Positions 18,442-26,948 of a stretch of 64,000 bases of DNA are shown in pieces (position 1 is the first letter of the stretch; each line of letters begins with the position of its first letter). The DNA lies in assembly GCA_033762295.1 (NCBI GenBank), contig JANRLW010000077.1, positions 1-64,000 on the forward strand, written 5' to 3'. The stretch comes from Capsulimonadales bacterium. GTDB lineage: Bacteria > Armatimonadota > Armatimonadia > Armatimonadales > Armatimonadaceae. The notes under the pieces were generated by a model that was not told where the DNA came from, did not search any database, and saw only the letters and a program-made list of their open reading frames with translations. Made by a program: the position numbers and the translations under genes.

Positions 18442-20484
18442 TTACGGTTGATCGGTCCGAAACGGCGCGACGGGCAACCCGTTCCGGCTGTACAGATTGA
18501 CGACCGGGTAGTCGGCCCATCCGAAACGAACGGCGACCGGTTCCGGGACTTCCGGCGAGGAGACGACCACGGTTTCCTGCCCGACAATCCGCGCGTCCGC
18601 GCGCACGAACCGACCGTCCCGTCCCGCGACGGAGAACCCGACCACCGTCCCGGGCGGATGCGTCTTGCCGGCGGTGTCCGTCGCACGAGCTTCCAGCCCC
18701 GGACCGACCATTTTGAACGTTACGAACACCTTTCCCGTTTCCACCTTCATTGTTTTGAACGACGGGCTGATGGCGGCGACCGGTTCACCGTAGGCGATCT
18801 TCCGCGCCAGCATCGCGAGCCGCTCACCGACCGGGCCTTTTCGCTGCGGATGAATGTCCTTTTCATCGCCGAGATCGGTGATGACCGCCGTTCCGGTGCG
18901 CGGAACCGATTCGCCGGTGCGCCACTGAACCTCGCGCAGGGCCGCCCATTGCGATTCGGCCGGTTCCGACCGGATTGTCGAAAACGGAGCCAGTTGTACG
19001 ATCAGAAACGGGAAGTCCCCGACCTCGAACTCCCGTCGCCAGTCGGCGATCAGAGCGGGAAGCTGCTCTCGATATCGTCGGGCGTACGGAGCGTTCGCCT
19101 CCCCCTGATACCAGATTACCCCGGCAATGGCGTAATGGCGCAACGGATGCACCATGGCATTATACAATCCGGTCGCCAGATTGGGGTTGGTTTCGCCGGG
19201 CGGCGGTCCGGGATAGGTCGGCCGCGCGCGTTCGACGCGGAACGTCCACTCTCCCGCGAGCGGAACGTACCTCGCCGGATCGCCCTCCACGGTCAGGCGC
19301 ATCTCCTCCGGTTTTCCCATGAACCCACCGCCGTACTCGGTGTCCCAGACACGGACGGCGAGGACGTTTTCGCCGGGCTTCAGTCGCTCGGCAGGGATCT
19401 TATAGACCCGGGGATGTTGCCACCAGTTCGGCGTCTCCCGCCCGGTCGCGCCGACACGAACGCCGTTGACGAACGTCACATCGACGTCGTCGATCGGGCC
19501 GAGGGTCAGTTTCAGTTCTTTTCCGGCGAACTCCGGGGGCAGGGTAAACGTCCGCCGGAACCAGACGCCGCCGTTGATATCTTTCAGTTCGTCGGGACCG
19601 GCCTCGTCGAAGGGTGAGGGCAGTGTGACCGGCAGCCATTCCGGAGTTGCCGCCTCCGGCAGGGACCAGGTCTGCGCCTCCGGAGCGATTCCGGGGTCGT
19701 CGAAACCGCCCTGCGGCGTCCCGGCGGCCCGCCACCGTTCCAGACGCTTCTGATAACGGGCCAGAGCCTCCTTCAGCGGGGGATGGTCGGGATCGAGTGT
19801 TGCCAGTTCCTCAGGCGGGGTTCCGACGGATTCCAGTGCGGTCCGGCTCATCCATGCTTCGATTCGGGTGCCGCCCCAGGAGGTGTGGATGAGGCCGATC
19901 GGGACGCGACGGGCGGCGCGGAGCGATTTGCCGAAGTGGTAGCCGACGGCGGAGAAACCGCCGACAAACGACGGAAGCGCCGGTTCCCAGCGTCCGCCCG
20001 CCGTCTCCTCCTTCGGTGTCCGCGAGATGAGGTTGGACACCGTGAACATACGAAGATACGGGTCGTTGGCGCGGACGATCTCCTCTTTGCCTGTTTTCAG
20101 GCTCGCCATACGCATTCCCATATTGCTCTGCCCGGAGCAGACCCAGACCTCACCGACCAGGATATCCCGAACGACGAGGCGATTTTTGCCGCTGACGACC
20201 AGGGTATGCGGTCCCCCGGCCGGAAGCGGTGTCCATCGGACCATCCACCGGCCGTTCGCGTCCGTGACGACGGTTGCCGTCCTTCCTGCCAGTTCGACCC
20301 GAACCGACTCACCGGGATCGGCCCGGCCCACGAACCGGAGAGGGATTTTCTGCTGCAACACCATTCCGTCGGAGATCAACGGCGGCAGGGAAACGTCGGC
20401 TCGCACGGCGGGAACCAACGAGAGGAGAAGGAGGGAAAGGAGGGCGGCGGCATCGCCCGCCCCCCGGAGGTTCGATACCGTCAT
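18442..20484 (-). CDS. Sialate O-acetylesterase family (SASA, SGNH) protein with inserted sugar-binding domain
   Basis: GEVWVCSGQSNM, WGGTRIEAW, IWYQGEAN, DIHPQRK motifs; signal peptide. Confidence 0.9.
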   Translation of the reverse strand: MTVSNLRGAGDAAALLSLLLLSLVPAVRADVSLPPLISDGMVLQQKIPLRFVGRADPGESVRVELAGRTATVVTDANGRWMVRWTPLPAGGPHTLVVSGKNRLVVRDILVGEVWVCSGQSNMGMRMASLKTGKEEIVRANDPYLRMFTVSNLISRTPKEETAGGRWEPALPSFVGGFSAVGYHFGKSLRAARRVPIGLIHTSWGGTRIEAWMSRTALESVGTPPEELATLDPDHPPLKEALARYQKRLERWRAAGTPQGGFDDPGIAPEAQTWSLPEAATPEWLPVTLPSPFDEAGPDELKDINGGVWFRRTFTLPPEFAGKELKLTLGPIDDVDVTFVNGVRVGATGRETPNWWQHPRVYKIPAERLKPGENVLAVRVWDTEYGGGFMGKPEEMRLTVEGDPARYVPLAGEWTFRVERARPTYPGPPPGETNPNLATGLYNAMVHPLRHYAIAGVIWYQGEANAPYARRYREQLPALIADWRREFEVGDFPFLIVQLAPFSTIRSEPAESQWAALREVQWRTGESVPRTGTAVITDLGDEKDIHPQRKGPVGERLAMLARKIAYGEPVAAISPSFKTMKVETGKVFVTFKMVGPGLEARATDTAGKTHPPGTVVGFSVAGRDGRFVRADARIVGQETVVVSSPEVPEPVAVRFGWADYPVVNLYSRNGLPVAPFRTDQP

Positions 20485-21722
20485 TTGATGACTTTGGAGA
20501 ATCCGCTGTCCTGGTACTCGGCGTAGACCCGGTTGTAGACCGCCTTCGTTTGTTCGGCGATCACGTCCCAGTTGAACACGACTTTCAGCCGTTCGTAGGC
20601 GGCATCGGCCATCTGTTCGGCGAACGCCGGGTCTTTGAGGACTCGAACAATCCCCCAGGCGAGCGAGTCCGGGTCGTTGACATAGGTCACCGTTCCCGTG
20701 ACATCGTGCTGCACGACCTCGGGCAGTCCGCCCGCGTTCGAGACGACGACCGGCACCCGCGCGGCCATCGCTTCGAGCGCCACGATGCCGAACGGTTCGT
20801 ACAGCGACGGGTAGACGGCGACATCGGCGACCTGGTACAGGCGGTCCCGGTCTTCGTCGGAGACGCGCCCGGTGAACAGGACCGTTTCGCCGCAGCCGAG
20901 GTTTCGCGCCAGTTGTTCCAGGTGGTCCCGTTGACCGCCGCCGGCGATGACCAGTTTGGCATCGGTGTACTGCGCACGGACCCGCGGCAGGGCCTCGATC
21001 AGCATCTGCGCGCCCTTTTCGCGAACCATTCGCCCGATAAAGAAGATCATCTTCTCGAACGGAGCGGCGAACCGGTTGCGGAACGCCGCCCGCTCCGGTC
21101 CGGTGAACGGTCCGGCAAATTCGTTGATTTTCACGCCGTTGTAGATGATGTCGATCTTATCCGTGGGGGTGTGCAACGAGTACTGGATTTCGCCGCGCAT
21201 GAACTCGGTGCAGACGATTACGCGCCAGGCTTCGTACTGCAGGTCCCATTCGCAACGGTTGATGTAGCGTTGCAGATCGGTATGGATTCCGTTATTGCGA
21301 CCGAACTCGGTGGCATGGATGGTGGCGATCAGCGGCAGGCGGTACTTATACTTCAACGAGCGGCCGGCGAACAGCCCGAGCCAGTCATGAACATGGAGCA
21401 GGATCGGTTTCTTGCGGTTTTTGGGGGCGCGATTGTTCTTCGCCACCATCTCGCCGAGAATCTCATCCGCCCGTCGTTCCATTTCGACGTTCAGGAGGTG
21501 TACCCAGTGGACGAAATCGTTCGCCTCCTGGCGGACATTCACGCGGTGGATAAAGAGGTTCTTCGCTTGCTCCTCCTCCTCCGGCCCTCCGGACGCGCCA
21601 CACGTGATGACATGGACTTCAACCCCCTGTTTCGCCAGGGCCGGGGCAAGCCCTTCGAGAGCGGCAGCGATGCCGCCCACGCGCATTGGCGGATACTCCC
21701 AGGATAGCATGATGACGCGCAC
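20481..21722 (-). CDS. GT4 family glycosyltransferase (glycogen-synthase-like)
   Basis: SWEYPPMRVGG, HVHDW, TIHATE, GRMVREKG, PSLYEPFGIVALEAMA. Confidence 0.9.
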   Translation of the reverse strand: MRVIMLSWEYPPMRVGGIAAALEGLAPALAKQGVEVHVITCGASGGPEEEEQAKNLFIHRVNVRQEANDFVHWVHLLNVEMERRADEILGEMVAKNNRAPKNRKKPILLHVHDWLGLFAGRSLKYKYRLPLIATIHATEFGRNNGIHTDLQRYINRCEWDLQYEAWRVIVCTEFMRGEIQYSLHTPTDKIDIIYNGVKINEFAGPFTGPERAAFRNRFAAPFEKMIFFIGRMVREKGAQMLIEALPRVRAQYTDAKLVIAGGGQRDHLEQLARNLGCGETVLFTGRVSDEDRDRLYQVADVAVYPSLYEPFGIVALEAMAARVPVVVSNAGGLPEVVQHDVTGTVTYVNDPDSLAWGIVRVLKDPAFAEQMADAAYERLKVVFNWDVIAEQTKAVYNRVYAEYQDSGFSKVIK

Positions 21723-21851
21723 GGTTTGTATCCTCGCTTTCGGCGGTATTTTATCGGGCGTCGTCTTGCGACGAAACCCGATCGATAGGTCGACCCGGTA
21801 TGATCGTTTGAGTCGCCCGATTTTAACACGAAAGCGATCGGCTTGTACAGA

Positions 21852-21882
21852 GGAGGCCGCTTCCCCCGACGGAGCGGCCTCC
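21852..21882 (-). terminator. Stem-loop after the fucosidase gene
   Basis: GGAGGCCGCT-N11-AGCGGCCTCC. Confidence 0.5.
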
Positions 21883-21891
21883 CTGCGGAGA

Positions 21892-23205
21892 CTATTTCAG
21901 GTACAGTTCGATCACCGGCACGGTGACGTTCGGTTTCTGTATCGGAAGTCGGAGAGCCAGGGTATCCTTGCCGCCCGCGTTCCCGCCCACCGCCTGCCAG
22001 GGTTCCACATCCTGCATCCGGACTTCCGAGGCGTCGTTGAGCAGTTGCGCATACTCGACCCGATTCCCCAGACCGTCGAGGTAGAGCTGTCCGAACGGCC
22101 AGGCGAGCACATGAACGTACAGACGGCGGGTGGTCGGGTTGTAGGTGTAGCGGCAATCGGTCGGCGCGTTGCCGAACTCGACGGGGGCCTGCGTACAGCC
22201 GTAGATGCTGCGCGAATGACGCTTCATCCACTCCCCCATACCCGCCAGTCGACTGAGCGCCCGTTCGTCGAACTCGCCGCGCCCGGTGGGGCCGACATTG
22301 AGGAGGAGATTCCCTCCCTTGCTGACCGTATCGATCAGCATCAGGATCAGCATTTCCACCGACTTCCAGGAAGACTCGTCGCGGTGGTACCCCCAGGAGC
22401 CGGAAAAGGTCTGGCAAGCCTCCCAGACGACCGGTTTGCCCTCATGACGCACCCAGCCGCGCGGTTGGAACTGCTCCGGCGTTTTAATGTCCCAGCCGTC
22501 GGGCAGGTCCAGACGGTCGTTCAGGATGATTCCCGGCTGCAGGTCGCGCACCAGTTTCACCAGGGTTTCCGACTGCCAGGACTCCCGGCTTTTTCGGGGG
22601 AGATTCCGGTTCGGATCGCCGTCGGGACCGGGCGTGAAATCGTACCAGAGGATATCGACCGCGCCGAACTGGGTCAGGAGTTCGCGGGTCTGCCCGTGCA
22701 GGTAATCGGCGTACCGCTTCATATCGCGTTCGGCATCGGCGGCACGGTAGGCGGCGTCATCCCGTTGCGGGTGATGAATGTCCAGGGTGTAGTCGGGGTG
22801 ATGCCAGTCGATGATCGAATGGTAGAACCCGACGCGAAGATTCCGTTCACGGAAGGCATGGACCATCGGTCGGAGGACGTCCTTGCCGTACGGGGTATTG
22901 GTCACCTTGTACTCGGTGAGTGCCGAGTCCCAGAGACAGAACCCCTCGTGGTGTTTGGTCGTGATGACGAAATACTTCATCCCGGCGTTCGCCGCCGCTT
23001 CCGCCCAGAGCGTCGGATCGTAAAGGTCGGGATCGAAGTGACGGAAGTACTTTTCATAGTCGGCGGTGGTAATCCGCTCGTGGCTCTTGACCCATTCGTG
23101 CCGTGCCGGCAGAGCGTACAGTCCCCAGTGAATGAACAGGCCGAAGCGGTCCCGGACGAACCAGGCAGTGTCGCCGTCGGTCGGTTCAGGCGTCGGAATC
23201 GTCAT
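21892..23205 (-). CDS. Alpha-L-fucosidase (GH29)
   Basis: RFGLFIHWGLY, TTKHHEGFCLWDS, ILWYD, GGNLLLNVGP; ATG 23205 with GAGG RBS. Confidence 0.92.
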   Translation of the reverse strand: MTIPTPEPTDGDTAWFVRDRFGLFIHWGLYALPARHEWVKSHERITTADYEKYFRHFDPDLYDPTLWAEAAANAGMKYFVITTKHHEGFCLWDSALTEYKVTNTPYGKDVLRPMVHAFRERNLRVGFYHSIIDWHHPDYTLDIHHPQRDDAAYRAADAERDMKRYADYLHGQTRELLTQFGAVDILWYDFTPGPDGDPNRNLPRKSRESWQSETLVKLVRDLQPGIILNDRLDLPDGWDIKTPEQFQPRGWVRHEGKPVVWEACQTFSGSWGYHRDESSWKSVEMLILMLIDTVSKGGNLLLNVGPTGRGEFDERALSRLAGMGEWMKRHSRSIYGCTQAPVEFGNAPTDCRYTYNPTTRRLYVHVLAWPFGQLYLDGLGNRVEYAQLLNDASEVRMQDVEPWQAVGGNAGGKDTLALRLPIQKPNVTVPVIELYLK

Positions 23206-23252
23206 TGTCGTTACCTCTCGTTCTTCGCAGGAAGGTTTTCCGATATTTTTCC

Positions 23253-23281
23253 TTTCGCCGGCCGGTATCGGTTTCTCCTGC
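23253..23281 (-). promoter_or_regulatory. AGGA-N19-GAA motif upstream of fucosidase
   Basis: Minus strand GCAGGAgaaaccgataccggccggcGAAA. Confidence 0.35.
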
Positions 23282-23414
23282 GGTCGGCTCCTTTTCGTGA
23301 ATCTCTGCGGAGAGGACACGACGGCGTGCGATGCCTGACGGGAACGGGGTGTTCGGCGGACGGAGTGACGGAGGAGGACGGGCGCGGCCCTTCGGAGGAC
23401 GTAGCGGGTGAGTC

Positions 23415-23963
23415 CTAGAACTGGGCCAGTTTATTGCCTCCCTGTACGTCGGGCCGCCAAGCATACAGGGAGCGTCGGACACGGCTGCGAGCGCGTGAAA
23501 GACGAGAGCGCACGGTCCCCAGAGGAACGCCCAGGTATTCGCTGATCTCCTGATAGGACTGTCCGTTCATATCGGACATCACCAGGACGATCCGGTAATC
23601 CTCCGGCAGGTTTGCGACCGCTCGCATCAGGGCTTCGTTTTCGAGATGGGAAAAGACCTGCCGTTCCGGACCGGGCAGGGTCGGCATCACCGGGTCGGGG
23701 TTTTCCATCGCGTCCAGACTTACGGGGCGAGGGGAGCGGACTCGCATACGGTAACCGTTGATGAACAGGTTACGGAGGATCGTCAGCATCCAGGCGCGAA
23801 CGGGACCGTCGGCGCGGAACGATTCGAACCCGCGCAGGGCCCGCAGGGTCGTTTCCTGTACCAGGTCCTCCGCCTCATCGGGATTGTGCGTCAGGGTGAG
23901 GGCGTGTCCGTACAGCGCGTCCCGATGTACCAGCACCGCCTGCTCGAAATCCCGCTGGCTCAT
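23415..23963 (-). CDS. ECF-type RNA polymerase sigma factor
   Basis: AEDLVQET, AWMLTILRN region 2; SYQEISEYLGVPLGTVRSRLSRAR region 4. Confidence 0.92.
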   Translation of the reverse strand: MSQRDFEQAVLVHRDALYGHALTLTHNPDEAEDLVQETTLRALRGFESFRADGPVRAWMLTILRNLFINGYRMRVRSPRPVSLDAMENPDPVMPTLPGPERQVFSHLENEALMRAVANLPEDYRIVLVMSDMNGQSYQEISEYLGVPLGTVRSRLSRARSRVRRSLYAWRPDVQGGNKLAQF

Positions 23964-23988
23964 GGCGTACCTCTGCGCTCTGTCCCGC

Positions 23989-24684
23989 TCATTTTGCCCC
24001 CTCCCCTCCGTTGGCCGGTTCCGCCCCCGGCACGGACACGGTTCCGTCGTCGAGCAGATACCGCGCCTGCTCATGGATTAACTTCAGAGTGCCGACCGTC
24101 TTTTCCTCGTCGCCATAGACAAGATGCTGCAAAATGACACCGTCAATACCGGCGACCAGAAAGTTCCGCAACCGGTCCATGGTCAATCCCGGGCGCAGGG
24201 CTCGACCGGTATCCGTGTGCCGCTGCAAAATCTCTCCGATCAGACCATGAAGCGCGTCATAGATGGCGAGCACCTGCTGATGGGCCAGAGGATCGCGCAT
24301 TCCGCGCACGAGCAGATCGTATCTCAGCACGCCCGGCCGTTTTCGGACGATCTCCCAGGTGTAATGGAACGCTCGTTCGAGGGCGGTGGTCACATCCGGC
24401 GCCCCCTCGATGGCCGCCCGCACCTCCGCCAGTGTCTGCTCCAGCGTGAAGGTGACCGCTTCCGAGAGCAACGTCTCCTTGGTGCCGAAGTAATAGTGGA
24501 GGGTGGCGATATTGACCCCCGCTTCACGGGCGATATCGCGAGTCGTGATCCGTTCGTAACCGATCCGGATCAGGGCCGTGCGCGCCGCTTCGAGTATCCG
24601 TTCCCGCTGCAGATCACGTCGCAGTTCCGAACGGTGCTCTTTCGGACGGGCGGCCTCCGAACTGTCATTTACCGTATCTTCCAT
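23989..24684 (-). CDS. TetR/AcrR family transcriptional regulator
   Basis: RERILEAA...TTRDIAREAGVNIATLHYYFGTKETL HTH. Confidence 0.92.
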   Translation of the reverse strand: MEDTVNDSSEAARPKEHRSELRRDLQRERILEAARTALIRIGYERITTRDIAREAGVNIATLHYYFGTKETLLSEAVTFTLEQTLAEVRAAIEGAPDVTTALERAFHYTWEIVRKRPGVLRYDLLVRGMRDPLAHQQVLAIYDALHGLIGEILQRHTDTGRALRPGLTMDRLRNFLVAGIDGVILQHLVYGDEEKTVGTLKLIHEQARYLLDDGTVSVPGAEPANGGEGAK

Positions 24685-24755
24685 CGACCGCCGCCTTTGT
24701 GCCCGAACCGTTCGGTCGCCACCGGTTCACCCGGCGGACAGGACCGCAGACGATA

Positions 24756-24815
24756 TTTAATCACTTGATTGAAGTCTTGTTTGTTGGGTATATCGCACGT
24801 TTCGCCGGGGGTCAA
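24756..24815 (-). promoter_or_regulatory. Sigma70-type promoter TTGACC-N17-TATACC with downstream palindromic operator
   Basis: -35 at 24815-24810, -10 at 24792-24787 (minus strand); TTTAATCA-CT-TGATTGAA dyad at 24756-24773, one mismatch. Confidence 0.6.
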
Positions 24816-24888
24816 GGGAGGCGGGACGATTTCCGGGGAGTTTTTCCCGTTCGACGTTTCGCGGAAACACGGAGGCAGCGAAGACCGA

Positions 24889-24914
24889 TCCCCGCTCGGT
24901 CAGGCGAGCGGGGA
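24889..24914 (-). terminator. Stem-loop after pilB
   Basis: TCCCCGCTCG-GTCAGG-CGAGCGGGGA, 10-bp stem. Confidence 0.45.
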
Positions 24915-24964
24915 GGTTGTTTCAGGCTCGACGGCGGACCCGATCCGGGGCCGTAATCCGTCGA

Positions 24965-26680
24965 TTAACCGGCGTAGATGACGCGCAGCGACTCCTCCAG
25001 GGTGGTGATTCCCAGAAGGATCTTCTCCATCGCGTCCTCTTTCAGGGTTTTCATTCCGGCCTCGATGGCCGCCTCACGAATGGCGTAGGCGGAGGCATGG
25101 GCAAGGATCAGTTCTCGCACCTTATCGGTGACGGGCATCAGTTCGTAGCAGCCGACGCGCCCCTTGTAGCCGCTTCCCTTGCAGGTGTCGCAGCCTCGAC
25201 CCCGGAAGAACGTGACCTTGCTGCGATCGATCTCCTCGAGATTCATCCCGAGTCGCTTGATGGCATCGCGCGGCGGTTCGTAGGGCTGTTTGCACTTCTC
25301 ACAGACCTTGCGCAGCAGACGCTGGGCCATGATGCCGACCGTCGCCGAGGCGATCAGGAAGGGTTCGACCCCCATATCCATCAGACGGGCGACCGCGCCG
25401 GGCGCGTCGTTGGTGTGCAGGGTGGAGAAGACCAGGTGTCCGGTCAGCGCGGCCTCGATCGCGATCATCGCCGTTTCCTGGTCGCGCATCTCGCCGACCA
25501 TGATGATGTCCGGGTCCTGACGGAGCATCGAGCGCAGACCGGCGGCGAACGTCATGCCGGCTTTTTTGTTGACGCCGACCTGGGTGATCCCGGGAATCTC
25601 GTACTCGACCGGGTCCTCGATCGTCAGGATGTTCTTCTCTCCGCTGTTCACCTTCGCGAGCGACGAGTACAGCGTGGTCGACTTTCCGGAGCCGGTCGGT
25701 CCGGTGACCAGGATGATGCCGTAGGACCGCATCAGCATGGATTCGAACATCTCGAAGGTATGCGGCAGGAGACCGAGGCGATGGAGGCCGATATTAATGT
25801 TGCTCTTGTCGAGAACGCGCATAACGATCTTCTCGCCGAAGACCGCGGGAAGCGTGGAAACGCGAAAGTCGAACGGTTTCCCCTCGATGATGAGCGAGAT
25901 TCGTCCGTCCTGCGGGACGCGCTTCTCGGCGATATCCATCTCGGCCATGATCTTGATACGCGACGTGAGGGAAGCCTGCGCCTTCTTCGGGATCAGAAGT
26001 CCGTCGACCAGAATGCCGTCGATACGATAACGGACCTTGAGGCAGTCGCGGGCCGGTTCGATATGGATATCCGATGCCTTTTCGGTGATGCCACGCGCGA
26101 TCACGGCATTGGCGAGCTTGATGATCGGGGCGTCGTCGGCGGCCTGCCGTTCCTCCTCGACCGAGGCGGCGATCTCCGGGCGCGTATTGTCGAGCGATAC
26201 GTCCTCATCCTCGAAATCCTTGAGAACCTTATCGACCGCGTCCCCGACCCCTCGATACGCTTCCTGGATGGCAAAGGTGATGTCTTCCTCGGTCGCGATG
26301 ATCGGATCGACCTCTTTGCCGGTGATGAGACGGATTTCGTCGGTCGCAAAGATATCGAGCGGGTTTTTCATCGCCAGTTTCAGGCGATTGCCGCGTACCT
26401 CCAGCGGAATGACCTTATATCGACGGGCGAGATCCTGTGATATCAGTTGTGCGGCGCCGGGATCGACGGTGTCGGTGGAAAGGTCGGCATAGGGAACGCC
26501 CCAGTGCTCTCCCAGAACTCGTGTGCGGTCTCGTTCCGTCACCGCGCCCATCGACACGAGAAGATCACCGAGCTGCTTTCCTCCCCCCAGTTGTTTCTGT
26601 TTCTCGAGAGCGCTATATAGTTGCTCGTTGGTAATCAATCCCTTACGAACAAAAATCTCTCCGATTCGTTCACCTTGCAT
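24965..26680 (-). CDS. pilB: Type IV pilus/T2SS assembly ATPase PilB/GspE with N-terminal MshEN domain
   Basis: ASDIHIEP, DIAEKRVPQDGR, Walker A GPTGSGKST, TIEDPVE, LRQDPDIIMVGEMRD, TGHLVFSTLHTN, CxxC/CxxC; N-terminal RIGEIFVRKGLI...LEKQ. Confidence 0.92.
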   Translation of the reverse strand: MQGERIGEIFVRKGLITNEQLYSALEKQKQLGGGKQLGDLLVSMGAVTERDRTRVLGEHWGVPYADLSTDTVDPGAAQLISQDLARRYKVIPLEVRGNRLKLAMKNPLDIFATDEIRLITGKEVDPIIATEEDITFAIQEAYRGVGDAVDKVLKDFEDEDVSLDNTRPEIAASVEEERQAADDAPIIKLANAVIARGITEKASDIHIEPARDCLKVRYRIDGILVDGLLIPKKAQASLTSRIKIMAEMDIAEKRVPQDGRISLIIEGKPFDFRVSTLPAVFGEKIVMRVLDKSNINIGLHRLGLLPHTFEMFESMLMRSYGIILVTGPTGSGKSTTLYSSLAKVNSGEKNILTIEDPVEYEIPGITQVGVNKKAGMTFAAGLRSMLRQDPDIIMVGEMRDQETAMIAIEAALTGHLVFSTLHTNDAPGAVARLMDMGVEPFLIASATVGIMAQRLLRKVCEKCKQPYEPPRDAIKRLGMNLEEIDRSKVTFFRGRGCDTCKGSGYKGRVGCYELMPVTDKVRELILAHASAYAIREAAIEAGMKTLKEDAMEKILLGITTLEESLRVIYAG

Positions 26681-26887
26681 AGTATCGGGGTGTTCCTATC
26701 GAATATTATGGCGATTGGTGCCGTCGCTTTTACCGGGCCGCGGTCCATCCCTGGTTTCCTGCACGAGTTCGTTCGGCGGGCCGGAAAGAGACACTTCATT
26801 TTCGGTATGCGCCGTCAAAATCCGGACTTTTTACGGAAACGGATACATGGCCCGGTCATTCGGGTCGGAGGGGCGCAAAACGACAAA

Positions 26888-26925
26888 GCGAACGGCGGGG
26901 ACGTTTTTCGCTCCCCGCCGTTCGC
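26888..26925 (-). terminator. Intrinsic terminator after the secretin gene
   Basis: GCGAACGGCGGGGA-N10-TCCCCGCCGTTCGC 14-bp stem followed on the minus strand by TTTGTCGTTTTG. Confidence 0.7.
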
Positions 26926-26948
26926 CTCTTGTCCGCAATCGGTCGTCG

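Noticed and set aside
23186..23482. 98-aa ORF after the ECF sigma factor as a possible anti-sigma
   Set aside because: Overlaps both neighbours, is Arg/Pro-rich, and has no TM or HxxxCxxC zinc motif
26681..26948. Possible c-di-GMP riboswitch upstream of pilB (also checked upstream of pilM)
   Set aside because: No GEMM-like consensus recognised; the only strong structure is the terminator hairpin
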